Shown: positions 37,501 through 46,938, counted from the stretch's first letter. The stretch is 64,000 nt of DNA from an uncultured virus (IMG/VR IMGVR_UViG_3300042336_000327) (IMGVR_UViG_3300042336_000327:62001-126000); one strand, 5' to 3'. The notes: generated by a model from the letters alone, not told the origin. A program made the numbers and translations.

Positions 37501-37593
37501 ATGAATAACCTTTTTATTTCTTCATTGTTACTTTTTAGTTCCATTGGGTTATTTGTTTATTGGGGACTTACACACGCATATCCACAATATTAG
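37501..37593 (+). CDS. 30-aa single-TM peptide, NdhQ-like candidate
   Basis: MNNLFISSLLLFSSIGLFVYWGLTHAYPQY resembles the NdhQ TM helix ending W-x-L-x-x-A-Y. Confidence 0.4.
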   Translation: MNNLFISSLLLFSSIGLFVYWGLTHAYPQY

Positions 37594-37602
37594 GGGAGAG
37601 TT

Positions 37603-38637
37603 ATGAGAGTAGGATTAATTGGACTGGGGCGAATGGGAGAAGGAATGTCTCGCCGCATGATGAAGGCAGGAATTGAAGTCTGGGGTTACAGGAGAAATTA
37701 TGAAAAGGCTCAGGAAGCTTATGAAAAGGGATTTGTTAATGGAGTTACAACTACTATTCAAAATCTTGTTCAAGTAGTTAAACAAACAAAAAACGGGGGA
37801 ATACAACCAGGAATCTTCCAAATGGTTGTGCCAGCAGAAACAGTAGAGGAGACAATCAATGAGTTATTACGATTTTGTAGTGAGGGAGATATTATTATTG
37901 ATCATGGCAATAGCAATTTTAAAGACAGTCGGAAAAGAGCAGAACGTTTGGCAAAGATGGGTATCCAATATATTGATTGTGGCACTAGCGGCGGTGTTTA
38001 TGGTTTGGATCGTGGATACTGTCTTATGGTTGGTGGGGGAAATATTGCGGTCGCCTCTTGTTCGCGCATTTTTGATGCCCTTGCCCCAGGAATCAGTGCT
38101 GCCCCCAGGACTCAATTTGACTCAGACGTAACTTCTGCAGAGCACGGTTGGTTGCATTGTGGTGGTCCTGGTGCTGGTCACTTTGTAAAGATGGTGCATA
38201 ATGGTATTGAATATGGCATCATGCAAGCATACGCTGAAGGATTCAACATCATCAAAAACGCAAACGCAGGTGCTCAGTATGTTAGAGAAGGAGATGCAGA
38301 AGTCGCCCCAATGGCAGACCCCGAATCCTATTGCTATGATATTGATGTTGCTGAGGTGGCTGAGTTATGGCGTCGTGGTAGCGTGGTTGGTAGTTGGTTA
38401 CTTGATCTTACTGCTGATGTGTTACGCGGCAACAGTGAGCTTAAACAGTTCTCTGGTGGGGTATCCGACAGCGGTGAGGGTCGTTGGACTGTTTCTGCCG
38501 CTGTGGATTTGGGGATATCCGCTCCTGTTATTACTACTGCCCTATTTGAGCGATTTAATTCACGCAATCTCGGATCTTTCGGAGCAAAAATCCTGAATGG
38601 CATGAGATTTATGTTTGGTGGTCATCACGTTAGATAA
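37603..38637 (+). CDS. gnd: 6-phosphogluconate dehydrogenase (decarboxylating)
   Basis: GLIGLGRMG, DCGTSGG, GHFVKMVHNGIEYG, DSGEGRW, FGGH. Confidence 0.97.
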   Translation: MRVGLIGLGRMGEGMSRRMMKAGIEVWGYRRNYEKAQEAYEKGFVNGVTTTIQNLVQVVKQTKNGGIQPGIFQMVVPAETVEETINELLRFCSEGDIIIDHGNSNFKDSRKRAERLAKMGIQYIDCGTSGGVYGLDRGYCLMVGGGNIAVASCSRIFDALAPGISAAPRTQFDSDVTSAEHGWLHCGGPGAGHFVKMVHNGIEYGIMQAYAEGFNIIKNANAGAQYVREGDAEVAPMADPESYCYDIDVAEVAELWRRGSVVGSWLLDLTADVLRGNSELKQFSGGVSDSGEGRWTVSAAVDLGISAPVITTALFERFNSRNLGSFGAKILNGMRFMFGGHHVR

Positions 38638-38648
38638 GGAGATTATCA

Positions 38649-38816
38649 ATGGAACGATTTAAAGATTTTTCAGAATATGAACTTCGTCTGATTGCAGACG
38701 CAGTGTGGGTCAGACAAAGACACCATATTGCTGGAGACAGAAAGTTCAGGGAGTATGGAGCACTTCTTACCGAGATTCAAAAGTTAGTAAATTATCAACC
38801 AGGAGTATTCCTATGA
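38649..38816 (+). CDS. Hypothetical 55-aa protein
   Basis: AGGAG SD; ATGA overlap with PTOX. Confidence 0.6.
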   Translation: MERFKDFSEYELRLIADAVWVRQRHHIAGDRKFREYGALLTEIQKLVNYQPGVFL

Positions 38817-39313
38817 GAAAGTTCAATGATGCAGTTCTATCAATTACGGTAGCCATCATTGACTTCCTCTACCGTGATCTACCAATCCAAAGATTCTGGG
38901 TGCTGGAAACAATCGCCAGAGCACCTTACTTCGCTTTTCTCAGTGTTCTTCATCTCAGAGAATCACTAGGTCTCCGAACAGAAGAACATTACTACTTAAT
39001 GAAAGAACACTTCGCACAGACAATTAATGAAACCGAACACCTCAGAGAAATGGAGTCGCGTGGCGGAGCAGATCGCTGGGTTGATCGCTTTTTCGCTTAT
39101 CATTTGGTTCTCATCTATTATTGGATTATGGTGGGTTATTATTTTCTTGCTCCTGTTTTCGCTTATCATCTGAACTCAGGTATTGAGTTTCATGCAACAG
39201 AAACATACCTAGATTACTTCTGGGATCATCAGGATGATGCAAAGATTGCAGAGATCGCAGTGGATGAAATGAACCATTATATTGAACTAGAACGAGCAAT
39301 GGAGATGATCTGA
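38813..39313 (+). CDS. ptox: Plastoquinol terminal oxidase (PTOX)
   Basis: RFWVLETIARAPYF, NETEHL, EFHA..TY, DEMNH di-iron motifs. Confidence 0.92.
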   Translation: MRKFNDAVLSITVAIIDFLYRDLPIQRFWVLETIARAPYFAFLSVLHLRESLGLRTEEHYYLMKEHFAQTINETEHLREMESRGGADRWVDRFFAYHLVLIYYWIMVGYYFLAPVFAYHLNSGIEFHATETYLDYFWDHQDDAKIAEIAVDEMNHYIELERAMEMI

Positions 39314-39435
39314 TGTTATTAGCAAAAGCACTTTTATTTGTTTCAATTCCTTTCGTATTAACAACTCTTTACTTCGGAACAAAAGGGGGATATTATGACA
39401 CCGAAAAGTATAAAGGAAACGGAACCGCACATTAG
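39313..39435 (+). CDS. ndhP: NDH-1 small subunit NdhP (40 aa)
   Basis: TM helix followed by FGTKGGYYDTEKYKGNGTAH, matching the NdhP C-terminal signature. Not in the ORF track. Confidence 0.8.
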   Translation: MLLAKALLFVSIPFVLTTLYFGTKGGYYDTEKYKGNGTAH

Positions 39436-39616
39436 ACAGCGGTATCACTTTGCCGCATCAGCATTTGTAAGAATGTGGGGACATAGTTCATTACACGATC
39501 GTCGCATCGTAGAATTTTGTGAGGTATGGGCACATAGAACTGAAAATGCCCCATTAGATGATAGGGTAGTGGATCAATACTTTTATTATGAGTTTAAGAC
39601 CTGGAGAGGATACTGA
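39395..39616 (+). CDS. Hypothetical protein
   Basis: ORF within a coupled gene run. Confidence 0.55.
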   Translation: MTPKSIKETEPHIRQRYHFAASAFVRMWGHSSLHDRRIVEFCEVWAHRTENAPLDDRVVDQYFYYEFKTWRGY

Positions 39617-39765
39617 TGGGACATTTTGCTCGATGGGTTCTAGAAAACCCCTATACTCTTGGATTTCTTGGATACATTTTGATTGTGCTTCCTATTATGG
39701 GTATCTGGGCAATACACAAATACGAATGGCAGCACTGGGCTCCATTTGATAAAAAACATAAATAA
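39616..39765 (+). CDS. Small single-TM protein (49 aa)
   Basis: Translated by hand; TGATG coupling. Confidence 0.55.
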   Translation: MGHFARWVLENPYTLGFLGYILIVLPIMGIWAIHKYEWQHWAPFDKKHK

Positions 39766-39791
39766 CGGTAGATAAACTTATTCTACCGAAA

Positions 39792-40148
39792 ATGAGAACG
39801 CATAAGTGTGGGCATTGTGGAGAAACTGATCCATCTAAGTTTTATGGGCATAAAAAAAGTGTTTGTGGTGCTTGTCATAACAAATATACATTAGAGTTGG
39901 GACAGAAAAAAAGAAATTTTATTCTTGAAGAAATGGGAGGTAAGTGTGTTTCTTGTGGTTATGATAAATATTCATCAGCACTTCAAGTTCATCATTTAGA
40001 TCCATCTCAAAAAGACGCTAAATTTCATGGGATTCGTGGATGGAGTCACGAACGTATTATTGACGAAATAAAGGAATGTGTGCTATTATGTGCTTGTTGC
40101 CACGCAGCAGTTCATTCTGGTGAGTTGGAACTACGGAGTATCGCCTAA
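39792..40148 (+). mobile_element. Zn-finger HNH-like endonuclease overlapping the tRNA-Pro 5' end
   Basis: CGHC..CGAC, CVSC...LQVHHLDP...CVLLCACCH. Confidence 0.8.
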
Positions 40149-40209
40149 CTTGGTCATGGCACCGCTTTTGGGAAGCGGAATAATTTCGGTTCAAATCCGA
40201 ATACTCCGA
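40134..40209 (+). tRNA. tRNA-Pro(TGG), divergent
   Basis: CGGAGTA/TACTCCG acceptor; CCGCT-TTTGGGA-AGCGG; TTCGG-TTCAAAT-CCGAA. Confidence 0.88.
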
Positions 40210-40226
40210 TTAGTCTATATTTAATT

Positions 40227-40877
40227 ATGGAATCTATACCATTTTATAGCATTGGATTTATTAAAGATAGAGTTCCCGACGCTATCTTTGATCGTCTTGT
40301 CAATAGTGCATTGGATGCAAAAGAAAATAATAATAGAGCTGTTAATACCCTAGCTGGAAATATAGAAGAATCTTATGATATTAATTTGTCACAAGAAGAT
40401 TTTATCTTTGTTGAAGAATACCTTGTAAAATTATGTGCCAAATATGAAAGGCAGTATAATTTGATGAGATATGAAAAATCAGTTATTGCTGATGGATACA
40501 ATCTTGAACTTAAAAGATTGTGGGTAAATTATCAAAAGAAATACGAGTTCAATCCTGTCCATCATCATACTGGTCTTTATAGTTTTGTTATATGGGTAAA
40601 AATACCCTATGACTTTAGGAATGAATTTGATCAAGACTTATGTAAGAATTCAAATAATAAGTGTCCTGGATCTTTTGCATTTTATTATCCAAATGCAATC
40701 GGTGATATGGAAGAGCATTTAATAGAATTGGATTCTACTTTCGAGAAGGAAATTATCGTGTTTCCATCTAGAGTTAATCATTGTGTTTATCCATTTTATA
40801 CATCTGATAGTAACAGGATTTCTATATCTGGAAATATGTATCTTTGTGCAAAAGATTTTAGTGACTATATAACATAA
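40227..40877 (+). CDS. Putative 2OG-Fe(II) oxygenase
   Basis: WVN..NPVHHH, FPS..NHCVYP, RISISGN. Confidence 0.75.
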   Translation: MESIPFYSIGFIKDRVPDAIFDRLVNSALDAKENNNRAVNTLAGNIEESYDINLSQEDFIFVEEYLVKLCAKYERQYNLMRYEKSVIADGYNLELKRLWVNYQKKYEFNPVHHHTGLYSFVIWVKIPYDFRNEFDQDLCKNSNNKCPGSFAFYYPNAIGDMEEHLIELDSTFEKEIIVFPSRVNHCVYPFYTSDSNRISISGNMYLCAKDFSDYIT

Positions 40878-40950
40878 CCAGTTCATAGACTGGCACACTT
40901 GACAGAAAAGTCTCAACACCTTATAATACTAGAGCAAACAACACAAAACA

Positions 40951-41166
40951 ATGTCTCTGACCGCAAAATTCAAGAAAGATGTTAGCACTCTTCGCCTTGC
41001 TGCTAACGGGGAAATCTACCTTGATGTAAAGAATCCGAAACTTTATAAAAAAGTTCGTCGCTTTTATGAAAATGAAGGTGTCGTATTTTCTGGTGACCCT
41101 CTTGACGACTACGAAATGCTCATGGAGTATGTCGCCAGCGATCTTGAATCTGTTGAGGTTGCATGA
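40951..41166 (+). CDS. Conserved cyanophage hypothetical protein
   Basis: After TTGACA...TATAAT promoter at ~40899-40928. Confidence 0.7.
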   Translation: MSLTAKFKKDVSTLRLAANGEIYLDVKNPKLYKKVRRFYENEGVVFSGDPLDDYEMLMEYVASDLESVEVA

Positions 41167-41417
41167 AAACCAAAGTTCTTCTGGAACGTGAAGGATATCG
41201 CTTTATTGAAGCAGGTATTCTTGAGATAAACGGCAAACCAGATTATCGTTTGCAAAAGCAAAATTACTATACCAAACGCTGGAATGACATTTATCTTTTT
41301 GATAATGTTCTACAATGTTCTACTGCAATGGAGGATATTGAGTATGCGAAATGGTTAGATCCAGATAGAGTTCCTTGTTATGTAAGAGACGATGAAGAAG
41401 ACACGGATGGTCTATAA
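41163..41417 (+). CDS. Hypothetical protein
   Basis: ATGA coupling. Confidence 0.65.
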   Translation: MKTKVLLEREGYRFIEAGILEINGKPDYRLQKQNYYTKRWNDIYLFDNVLQCSTAMEDIEYAKWLDPDRVPCYVRDDEEDTDGL

Positions 41418-41443
41418 CAGCACTGGTCGGGAGCAAACCCCTT

Positions 41444-41671
41444 ATGTCTAAAACAAGTATCCTGAGGTATATCGGGAACTTTCTTCTCCTACTTGGTTAT
41501 CAAATCATGTTGTGGGGAGATTTCAAAAATGGTTTGATAATAAAGTTTATTGGGGGACTACTCGGTATTCCTTTTGCTATCAAACTCAAACTCTGGGATG
41601 TGCTATTTCTGATAGCATTCTTTGGTATCACCGAAATATCAAAGTTAACCCAACTTTTCTTGGTTTCTTAA
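41444..41671 (+). CDS. Small multi-TM membrane protein lying between RNA-motif modules
   Basis: Three hydrophobic segments. Confidence 0.55.
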   Translation: MSKTSILRYIGNFLLLLGYQIMLWGDFKNGLIIKFIGGLLGIPFAIKLKLWDVLFLIAFFGITEISKLTQLFLVS

Positions 41672-41800
41672 AACCAAGTGGTGGAGTCAAATTTGACCCC
41701 TTCTGGTTTCTTGCTTTCCCATAAAAAAGCAAGTGGTGCGGATGGGACTCTCTCCCGCCTGGTTTCCAATTTCCAGTCAAAGAATTGGTGGCGAGCCTGA
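41659..41800 (+). ncRNA. wcaG/manA-like structured RNA with TGGYG modules
   Basis: TGGTG 41679, TGGTG 41734, TGGCG 41789 (55-nt period); the first two are followed by a hairpin and pseudoknot-like pairings; upstream of the glycan island. Confidence 0.6.
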
Positions 41801-41868
41801 AAAGAATCAAGGGAGTTGACAACAACTCCCTTTTTTATTATAATAATTTGATATATTGTGATATATTT

Positions 41869-42456
41869 GTGCAGGATAATATTCATTTATTGTTTCCAAC
41901 TTCAGTTTATCGGTCATACGATCTCATTTCTGAAGAAGAAAATATGAGAATATATCAACACATTCTAAAAGAAAAGGATGTTGTTAAAGGTAGAGGGATA
42001 GACTCCTGGTATTCGGGAGCAAATAGCCCACAAAATTCATTTAATATTGGGTATGAGAATAAAATTTTTGACTTACTATTTGAAAGAATCAATACTAAAG
42101 TTAATGAATACGCAAAATTTTTAAATTGTGACCATCATAAATTCTTTTTAAGTGAGTGGTGGTGGAATGTTTATACTAATAAAAACAGTCAAGAGTTTCA
42201 TCATCATTTACCATCTTCTATTAGTGGAGTATATTTCTGTAAAAGACCAGAGGGATCTGCACCTATAGTATTTCACCATCCTAATTTTTATTACTGTACC
42301 CCACATTCTATCAGAAATGAGTATAATTCAGATTCATATTCTATAGAACCAGTTGAACGTTCTTTGTTAATTTTTCAATCATCCACTGTTCATATGGTTC
42401 CTCCTGGTCTTAATACTGATCCAAGAGTTACTATTTCATTTAATTATAAAGTATGA
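41869..42456 (+). CDS. Putative 2OG-Fe(II) oxygenase
   Basis: LFPT, WWN...HHH, SGVYF, HMV, RVTISFN; GTG start after promoter 41816-41844. Confidence 0.75.
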   Translation: MQDNIHLLFPTSVYRSYDLISEEENMRIYQHILKEKDVVKGRGIDSWYSGANSPQNSFNIGYENKIFDLLFERINTKVNEYAKFLNCDHHKFFLSEWWWNVYTNKNSQEFHHHLPSSISGVYFCKRPEGSAPIVFHHPNFYYCTPHSIRNEYNSDSYSIEPVERSLLIFQSSTVHMVPPGLNTDPRVTISFNYKV

Positions 42457-43253
42457 TATCACTCAATCATATTGGCAATCTTGGAAGACTTGCCAATCAA
42501 ATGTTTCAATATGCTTCTTTAAAAGGAATTGCTAGAAATAGGGGATATGGATTTATCATTCCACCTAGATATGTTTTTGGGCAGCATGATGATAATGTCA
42601 AAAATTCTGATGTTATTTTATACGATGTTTTTGAAAATATAGAAAAAAATAATGATTGTGCTCTACAGGATGCCAATACTTTTTGGGAAAGAAAGCATGA
42701 ATTTGATGAGGAATTATTCATCAATTGCCCAGATAATGTAGATTTAATGGGATACTTTCAAACCGAAAAATACTTCAAGCATATTGAAGATGAGATACGA
42801 GAAGACTTTAGATTTAATGAAGAGTTGTATTCTAATTGTAAAGAATTTCTTAAAGAAAATTTTGATAGTGAAGTAATCTCTTTACATATTCGTAGAGGAG
42901 ATTATACCTCTAATCCAAATCATCCTGTGCAACCAATTAGTTATTATCAGGAAGCACTTTCTAAACTACCAGAACTTCCTGTTATTGTTTTTTCTGATGA
43001 TGAATCTTGGTGTAAAGAGCAGGATTTATTTAAAGATGATAGGTTTTTGATATCAGAAGAAAACACAACCGATGCTGATCTTTGCTTAATGTCATTATGC
43101 GATTATCACATCATTGCAAATTCATCATTCTCTTGGTGGGGTGCATGGTTAGCAAAAAGTAAAAAAGTAATTGCCCCCAAAAATTGGTTTGGTGGAGAAT
43201 GCTATAATAAATCAACAGTTGATTATCCATTTGGTAACTTTGAATTTCTATGA
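42453..43253 (+). CDS. GT11 alpha-1,2-fucosyltransferase-like protein
   Basis: GRLANQMFQYA, GYFQ, HIRRGDY, NSSFSWWGAWL. Confidence 0.9.
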   Translation: MISLNHIGNLGRLANQMFQYASLKGIARNRGYGFIIPPRYVFGQHDDNVKNSDVILYDVFENIEKNNDCALQDANTFWERKHEFDEELFINCPDNVDLMGYFQTEKYFKHIEDEIREDFRFNEELYSNCKEFLKENFDSEVISLHIRRGDYTSNPNHPVQPISYYQEALSKLPELPVIVFSDDESWCKEQDLFKDDRFLISEENTTDADLCLMSLCDYHIIANSSFSWWGAWLAKSKKVIAPKNWFGGECYNKSTVDYPFGNFEFL

Positions 43254-44110
43254 AAACGATCATTATTTCTTCTGACCATAATGGGGTCGAGAACAAAGAA
43301 CAACTAAAGATGTATCTTAAGGGAGAAGGATATCGGGTTATTGATATTGGACCTTATACTTCTGATGTGAGTGTCGATTATGTTGATTATGCAGCTCAGT
43401 TATCTACAATTGTGAGTAATCGTGAGGCGGACCGAGGTATCCTTATCTGTGGAACTGGTGTTGGTATGAGTATCGTTGCAAATCGTTTTGCTGGTGTCCG
43501 TGCTGTTCTAGCTCATAATGAACTCACTGCGGTTAAGTCTAGAGAGCATAATGATTCCAATGTTCTTTGTTTGGGTACGTGGTTGTCTTCTCAGATTGAA
43601 ATGAGAGAGATGAGCAAAATGTGGTTAGATGAAGCATGGGGAGAAGGTCGTCATGTCAAGCGTGTTGAAAAGATTGATTCACATACTGGCATTGTTTTAA
43701 CAAATGGAGTTTTTGATATCCTTCATAAGGGCCATATTGAACTTTTGAAGTTTGCTAGATTGCAGGGAACAAAACTGATTGTTGCTATTGATTCTGACCG
43801 CAGAGTAAAACAACTCAAAGGTGACAATCGACCTGTTAATAATGAAGAAGATCGTAGAAGGGTTCTTGAGACAAATCGTTATGTTGATGAAGTCATCATT
43901 TTTGATTCAACTGAAGAACTTCAAGAATTCTATCAAACACTCTCTCCAGATGTAATTGTTAAGGGTTCTGAATGGACTGCTGATGAAGTAAGAAGCAGAG
44001 ACTGTATTCCAGAGTCTATACAAGTTAAAGTTTATCCTTTGGTTGGAGACTATTCCACAACCAATACCATGCAAAAAATTAGAGAACTTGAAACATGCGA
44101 GAAAATTTAA
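43250..44110 (+). CDS. RpiB/LacAB sugar-phosphate isomerase fused to an RfaE-domain-II-like nucleotidyltransferase
   Basis: SDHNG, ICGTGVGM, HNDSN, GRH..RV; then NGVFDILHKGH...KG..RP...STT. Confidence 0.88.
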   Translation: MKTIIISSDHNGVENKEQLKMYLKGEGYRVIDIGPYTSDVSVDYVDYAAQLSTIVSNREADRGILICGTGVGMSIVANRFAGVRAVLAHNELTAVKSREHNDSNVLCLGTWLSSQIEMREMSKMWLDEAWGEGRHVKRVEKIDSHTGIVLTNGVFDILHKGHIELLKFARLQGTKLIVAIDSDRRVKQLKGDNRPVNNEEDRRRVLETNRYVDEVIIFDSTEELQEFYQTLSPDVIVKGSEWTADEVRSRDCIPESIQVKVYPLVGDYSTTNTMQKIRELETCEKI

Positions 44111-44871
44111 AGTATCTAATTGTTGGTGATACCATCATTGATGAAACTCTAGAACTTAGGGCAATCGGACTATCACTAGAGTCTCCAACAATCAAAACGG
44201 TAATTGAAGAGCACAGTTATGATTTTGGTGGCGCTGCTAATGTTGCCAAGTTTCTTCGTGGATTTGGTAGAGACGTAACATTTGCAACATCAATGTCTGA
44301 TAAAGACTGTGATACTTTTGAGTTGCATTATGATCTCCCAGTAAAAAGTTTTTTCCAGGGTCGTAATAATACTAAAACAAGATACTGGGTTAATCATGGA
44401 GATAGTCGATACAATCATCTACAAGTTAATGATGTCAATAATGAGTTTTCAAAATCGTTCTTAGAAAATTTTGATATTGATGAGTTTGATATCATTGCTT
44501 TTGCTGATTACCGTTGTGGATTTATTACAGAATCATTCATCAAACATGCAACTGATTCTGGAAAAATTACATATGCCTCTTCTCAGGTATCGAGTAAGAC
44601 ATCAAACTATGATAGGTATTGGGCGGTTGATTACTTAGTCTGTAATCAAGAGGAAGCAAAACACGTAGATCGGGTAACAAATATCTGTGTAACAAAAGGT
44701 GCAGATGGTTGCATGATGAACGGTGTTAATTATCCAGCAACGCCTGTGGAAAATGTGGTAAATACTATTGGTGCAGGAGATTGTTTTTATGCAGCTCTTC
44801 TAGCAACTGGTGACCCAGTTTTTGCTAACCAAGTCGCCGCTGAATTTGTATCTAAACCATTACATGAATAA
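44095..44871 (+). CDS. PfkB-family sugar kinase (RfaE-domain-I-like)
   Basis: GD.IID, GGAANVA, KTR, DY..G, TIGAGD. Confidence 0.85.
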   Translation: MRENLKYLIVGDTIIDETLELRAIGLSLESPTIKTVIEEHSYDFGGAANVAKFLRGFGRDVTFATSMSDKDCDTFELHYDLPVKSFFQGRNNTKTRYWVNHGDSRYNHLQVNDVNNEFSKSFLENFDIDEFDIIAFADYRCGFITESFIKHATDSGKITYASSQVSSKTSNYDRYWAVDYLVCNQEEAKHVDRVTNICVTKGADGCMMNGVNYPATPVENVVNTIGAGDCFYAALLATGDPVFANQVAAEFVSKPLHE

Positions 44872-45556
44872 GGCAATTGAAGATTGTTTATCTCTGAACA
44901 AAAGTTTAAAGGAAAACAGTTTAGTCAAACTAACTTGGGGAAATGCCAGTGTGCTTACTGAAGATGGTAAGCATATTGTTATTAAACCTTCTGGGATTGA
45001 GTTTGATAAACTTACGTTTAGCCAACTTTGTATTGTCGAACTTTATACTGGAAAATTAATTTCTGGTATGAAACCCTCTGTCGATACAGCAATTCATTTG
45101 GAAATTTATAAGGCATTTCCAGAGATTAAATCAGTTATTCATAGTCATTCAAAGTTTGCAACTTCATGGGCACAGGCACTTAAACCAATTCCTATTTTAG
45201 GGACAACTCACGCCGATTACTTTCTATCTGATATTCCAGTTGCTAGACAACTAGAAAAGTTTGAACTTGATGAATATGAAAAGAATCTGGGACAGTGCGT
45301 AGTTGATTTTTATCAATCTAAGAAAATAAATCCACTTAACATACCTGCCATCCTTTTGCCTGGGCATGGTGTTATGGTATTCTCAGATTCATCTAAAAGA
45401 ACACTAGAATGTGCTATAGTGTTAGAGGAAATTGCTGAAATGGCTTACTACACCACCTCAATCAATCCACATATTCAACCATGTAGATTGAGTAGAGACT
45501 TGTATAAAAAACATTTTGAACGAAAGAATGGAATCAACAAATACTACGGACAATAG
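44864..45556 (+). CDS. araD: Class II aldolase / L-ribulose-5-phosphate 4-epimerase-like protein
   Basis: TWGNAS, IKPSG, PSVDT..H, HSHS, TTHADYF, HG. Confidence 0.85.
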   Translation: MNKAIEDCLSLNKSLKENSLVKLTWGNASVLTEDGKHIVIKPSGIEFDKLTFSQLCIVELYTGKLISGMKPSVDTAIHLEIYKAFPEIKSVIHSHSKFATSWAQALKPIPILGTTHADYFLSDIPVARQLEKFELDEYEKNLGQCVVDFYQSKKINPLNIPAILLPGHGVMVFSDSSKRTLECAIVLEEIAEMAYYTTSINPHIQPCRLSRDLYKKHFERKNGINKYYGQ

Positions 45557-45953
45557 TTACGGGAGGCAAGAACTTCCTCTTGTACTTAAGTGTGAAGAAA
45601 AAAGAGAGAAGTATTGGGGATACATCACTACCGTATTTGCTACTGATGACTTTACCTTAAAAGAAGTCTTTATGAAAGCGGGTACTCAAAGTAGTATGGA
45701 GTATCACGTCACTAAAGATGAATATTATTATATTCAATCTGGAAAACTTAAAGTTGGTATGAGAATTGGTCGTGCCAAAAATAAATCTATCATTTTAGAA
45801 GCAGGAGATGTATTTCATATTCCTCCTGGTTTGATGCATATGCGTATTGCATTGGAGGATACTATTGTGGTAGAATGGTCAAATAAAGACGATGATGAAG
45901 ATTCAAACATCGTTGAAGATGGAAAAACCTACGTATTTAAAGAGGACGAATGA
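45528..45953 (+). CDS. Cupin-fold sugar isomerase-like protein
   Basis: KYWG, SMEYH..KDE, GDVFHIPPG.MH. Confidence 0.75.
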   Translation: MESTNTTDNSYGRQELPLVLKCEEKREKYWGYITTVFATDDFTLKEVFMKAGTQSSMEYHVTKDEYYYIQSGKLKVGMRIGRAKNKSIILEAGDVFHIPPGLMHMRIALEDTIVVEWSNKDDDEDSNIVEDGKTYVFKEDE

Positions 45954-46621
45954 ACTATCTTTTTGCTGATACAGCTAATCTTGATGAAATTATTAAAGCA
46001 AATGAAATGGGTGCCATTCAAGGTGTAACAACCAACCCTTCCATTATTGCTAAAGAACCAAAGGGAAGTTTTGATGCACTAATTCAAAAACTTGCTGAGT
46101 ATTGTGGTAGTGAAGATCTTTCTCTGAGTGCTGAAGTGTTTGCCCTAGATTATGAGGGCATGGTTCGTCAAGCAAGTGAAATGTATGAAAGGTTTTATCC
46201 TCTTTGCAATAAGTTTCATGTGAAAATTCCAGTTGGATTTGATGGTCTTCGTGCAATCAAAACTGTTTCCAAGGCAGGTGTGCAAATCAATGCCACTGCT
46301 TGCTACAGTGAGCAGCAACTGCAACTGTGTGCTTCTGCTGGTGCTCATTACGTTTCTCTCTTTTACTGCCGCCTGAAGCAGCATGGTGGAGATGTTGCAA
46401 AGGTTCTTGACCGAACCAAGAATTACATTTATGAGAACGCCCTAGATTGTGAGATTATCGCTGGCAGTATCCGTACTCAAACTGATGTTTCTGATGCTTG
46501 GAAAGAAGGTGCCGATATCGTAACGACTGGTCTTCCCGTTATTCTTGAGATGGTTGAGCATCCTAAGAGCACTGAAGCAATCGAACGCTTTGATAAGGAC
46601 TTCTCTGCATGGCTGAACTGA
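45950..46621 (+). CDS. talC: Transaldolase (TalC/FSA family, Glu/Phe type)
   Basis: DTA, GVTTNPS, SAEV, VKIP, NAT, SLF..R, AGSIR, HPKS. Confidence 0.85.
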   Translation: MNYLFADTANLDEIIKANEMGAIQGVTTNPSIIAKEPKGSFDALIQKLAEYCGSEDLSLSAEVFALDYEGMVRQASEMYERFYPLCNKFHVKIPVGFDGLRAIKTVSKAGVQINATACYSEQQLQLCASAGAHYVSLFYCRLKQHGGDVAKVLDRTKNYIYENALDCEIIAGSIRTQTDVSDAWKEGADIVTTGLPVILEMVEHPKSTEAIERFDKDFSAWLN

Positions 46622-46938
46622 AAACATATATTGTAGATATTGATAACACCATATGCACTCAAACATATGGTGATTATTCTTTAGCAGAACCTTTCTATGA
46701 TAGGATTGCTAAAGTTAATTCATTGTATGATGATGGGCATACTATTATATACTTCACTGCAAGAGGTATGGGCAGAGGTAAAAACTCTGTTAGAATAGCA
46801 TATGATGCATGTTATAATGAAACATATGATCAGTTAGTTTCCTGGGGTTGTAAATTTACTAATCTTATGTTAGGGAAACCCTTCGGTGATTATTATATTG
46901 ATGATAAAGCAATTTCGGACAAAGACTTTTTTAAATGA
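46609..46938 (+). CDS. HAD-family phosphatase (capsule-biosynthesis type)
   Basis: DIDNT, FTAR, GKP..DYYIDDK. Confidence 0.85.
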   Translation: MAELKTYIVDIDNTICTQTYGDYSLAEPFYDRIAKVNSLYDDGHTIIYFTARGMGRGKNSVRIAYDACYNETYDQLVSWGCKFTNLMLGKPFGDYYIDDKAISDKDFFK

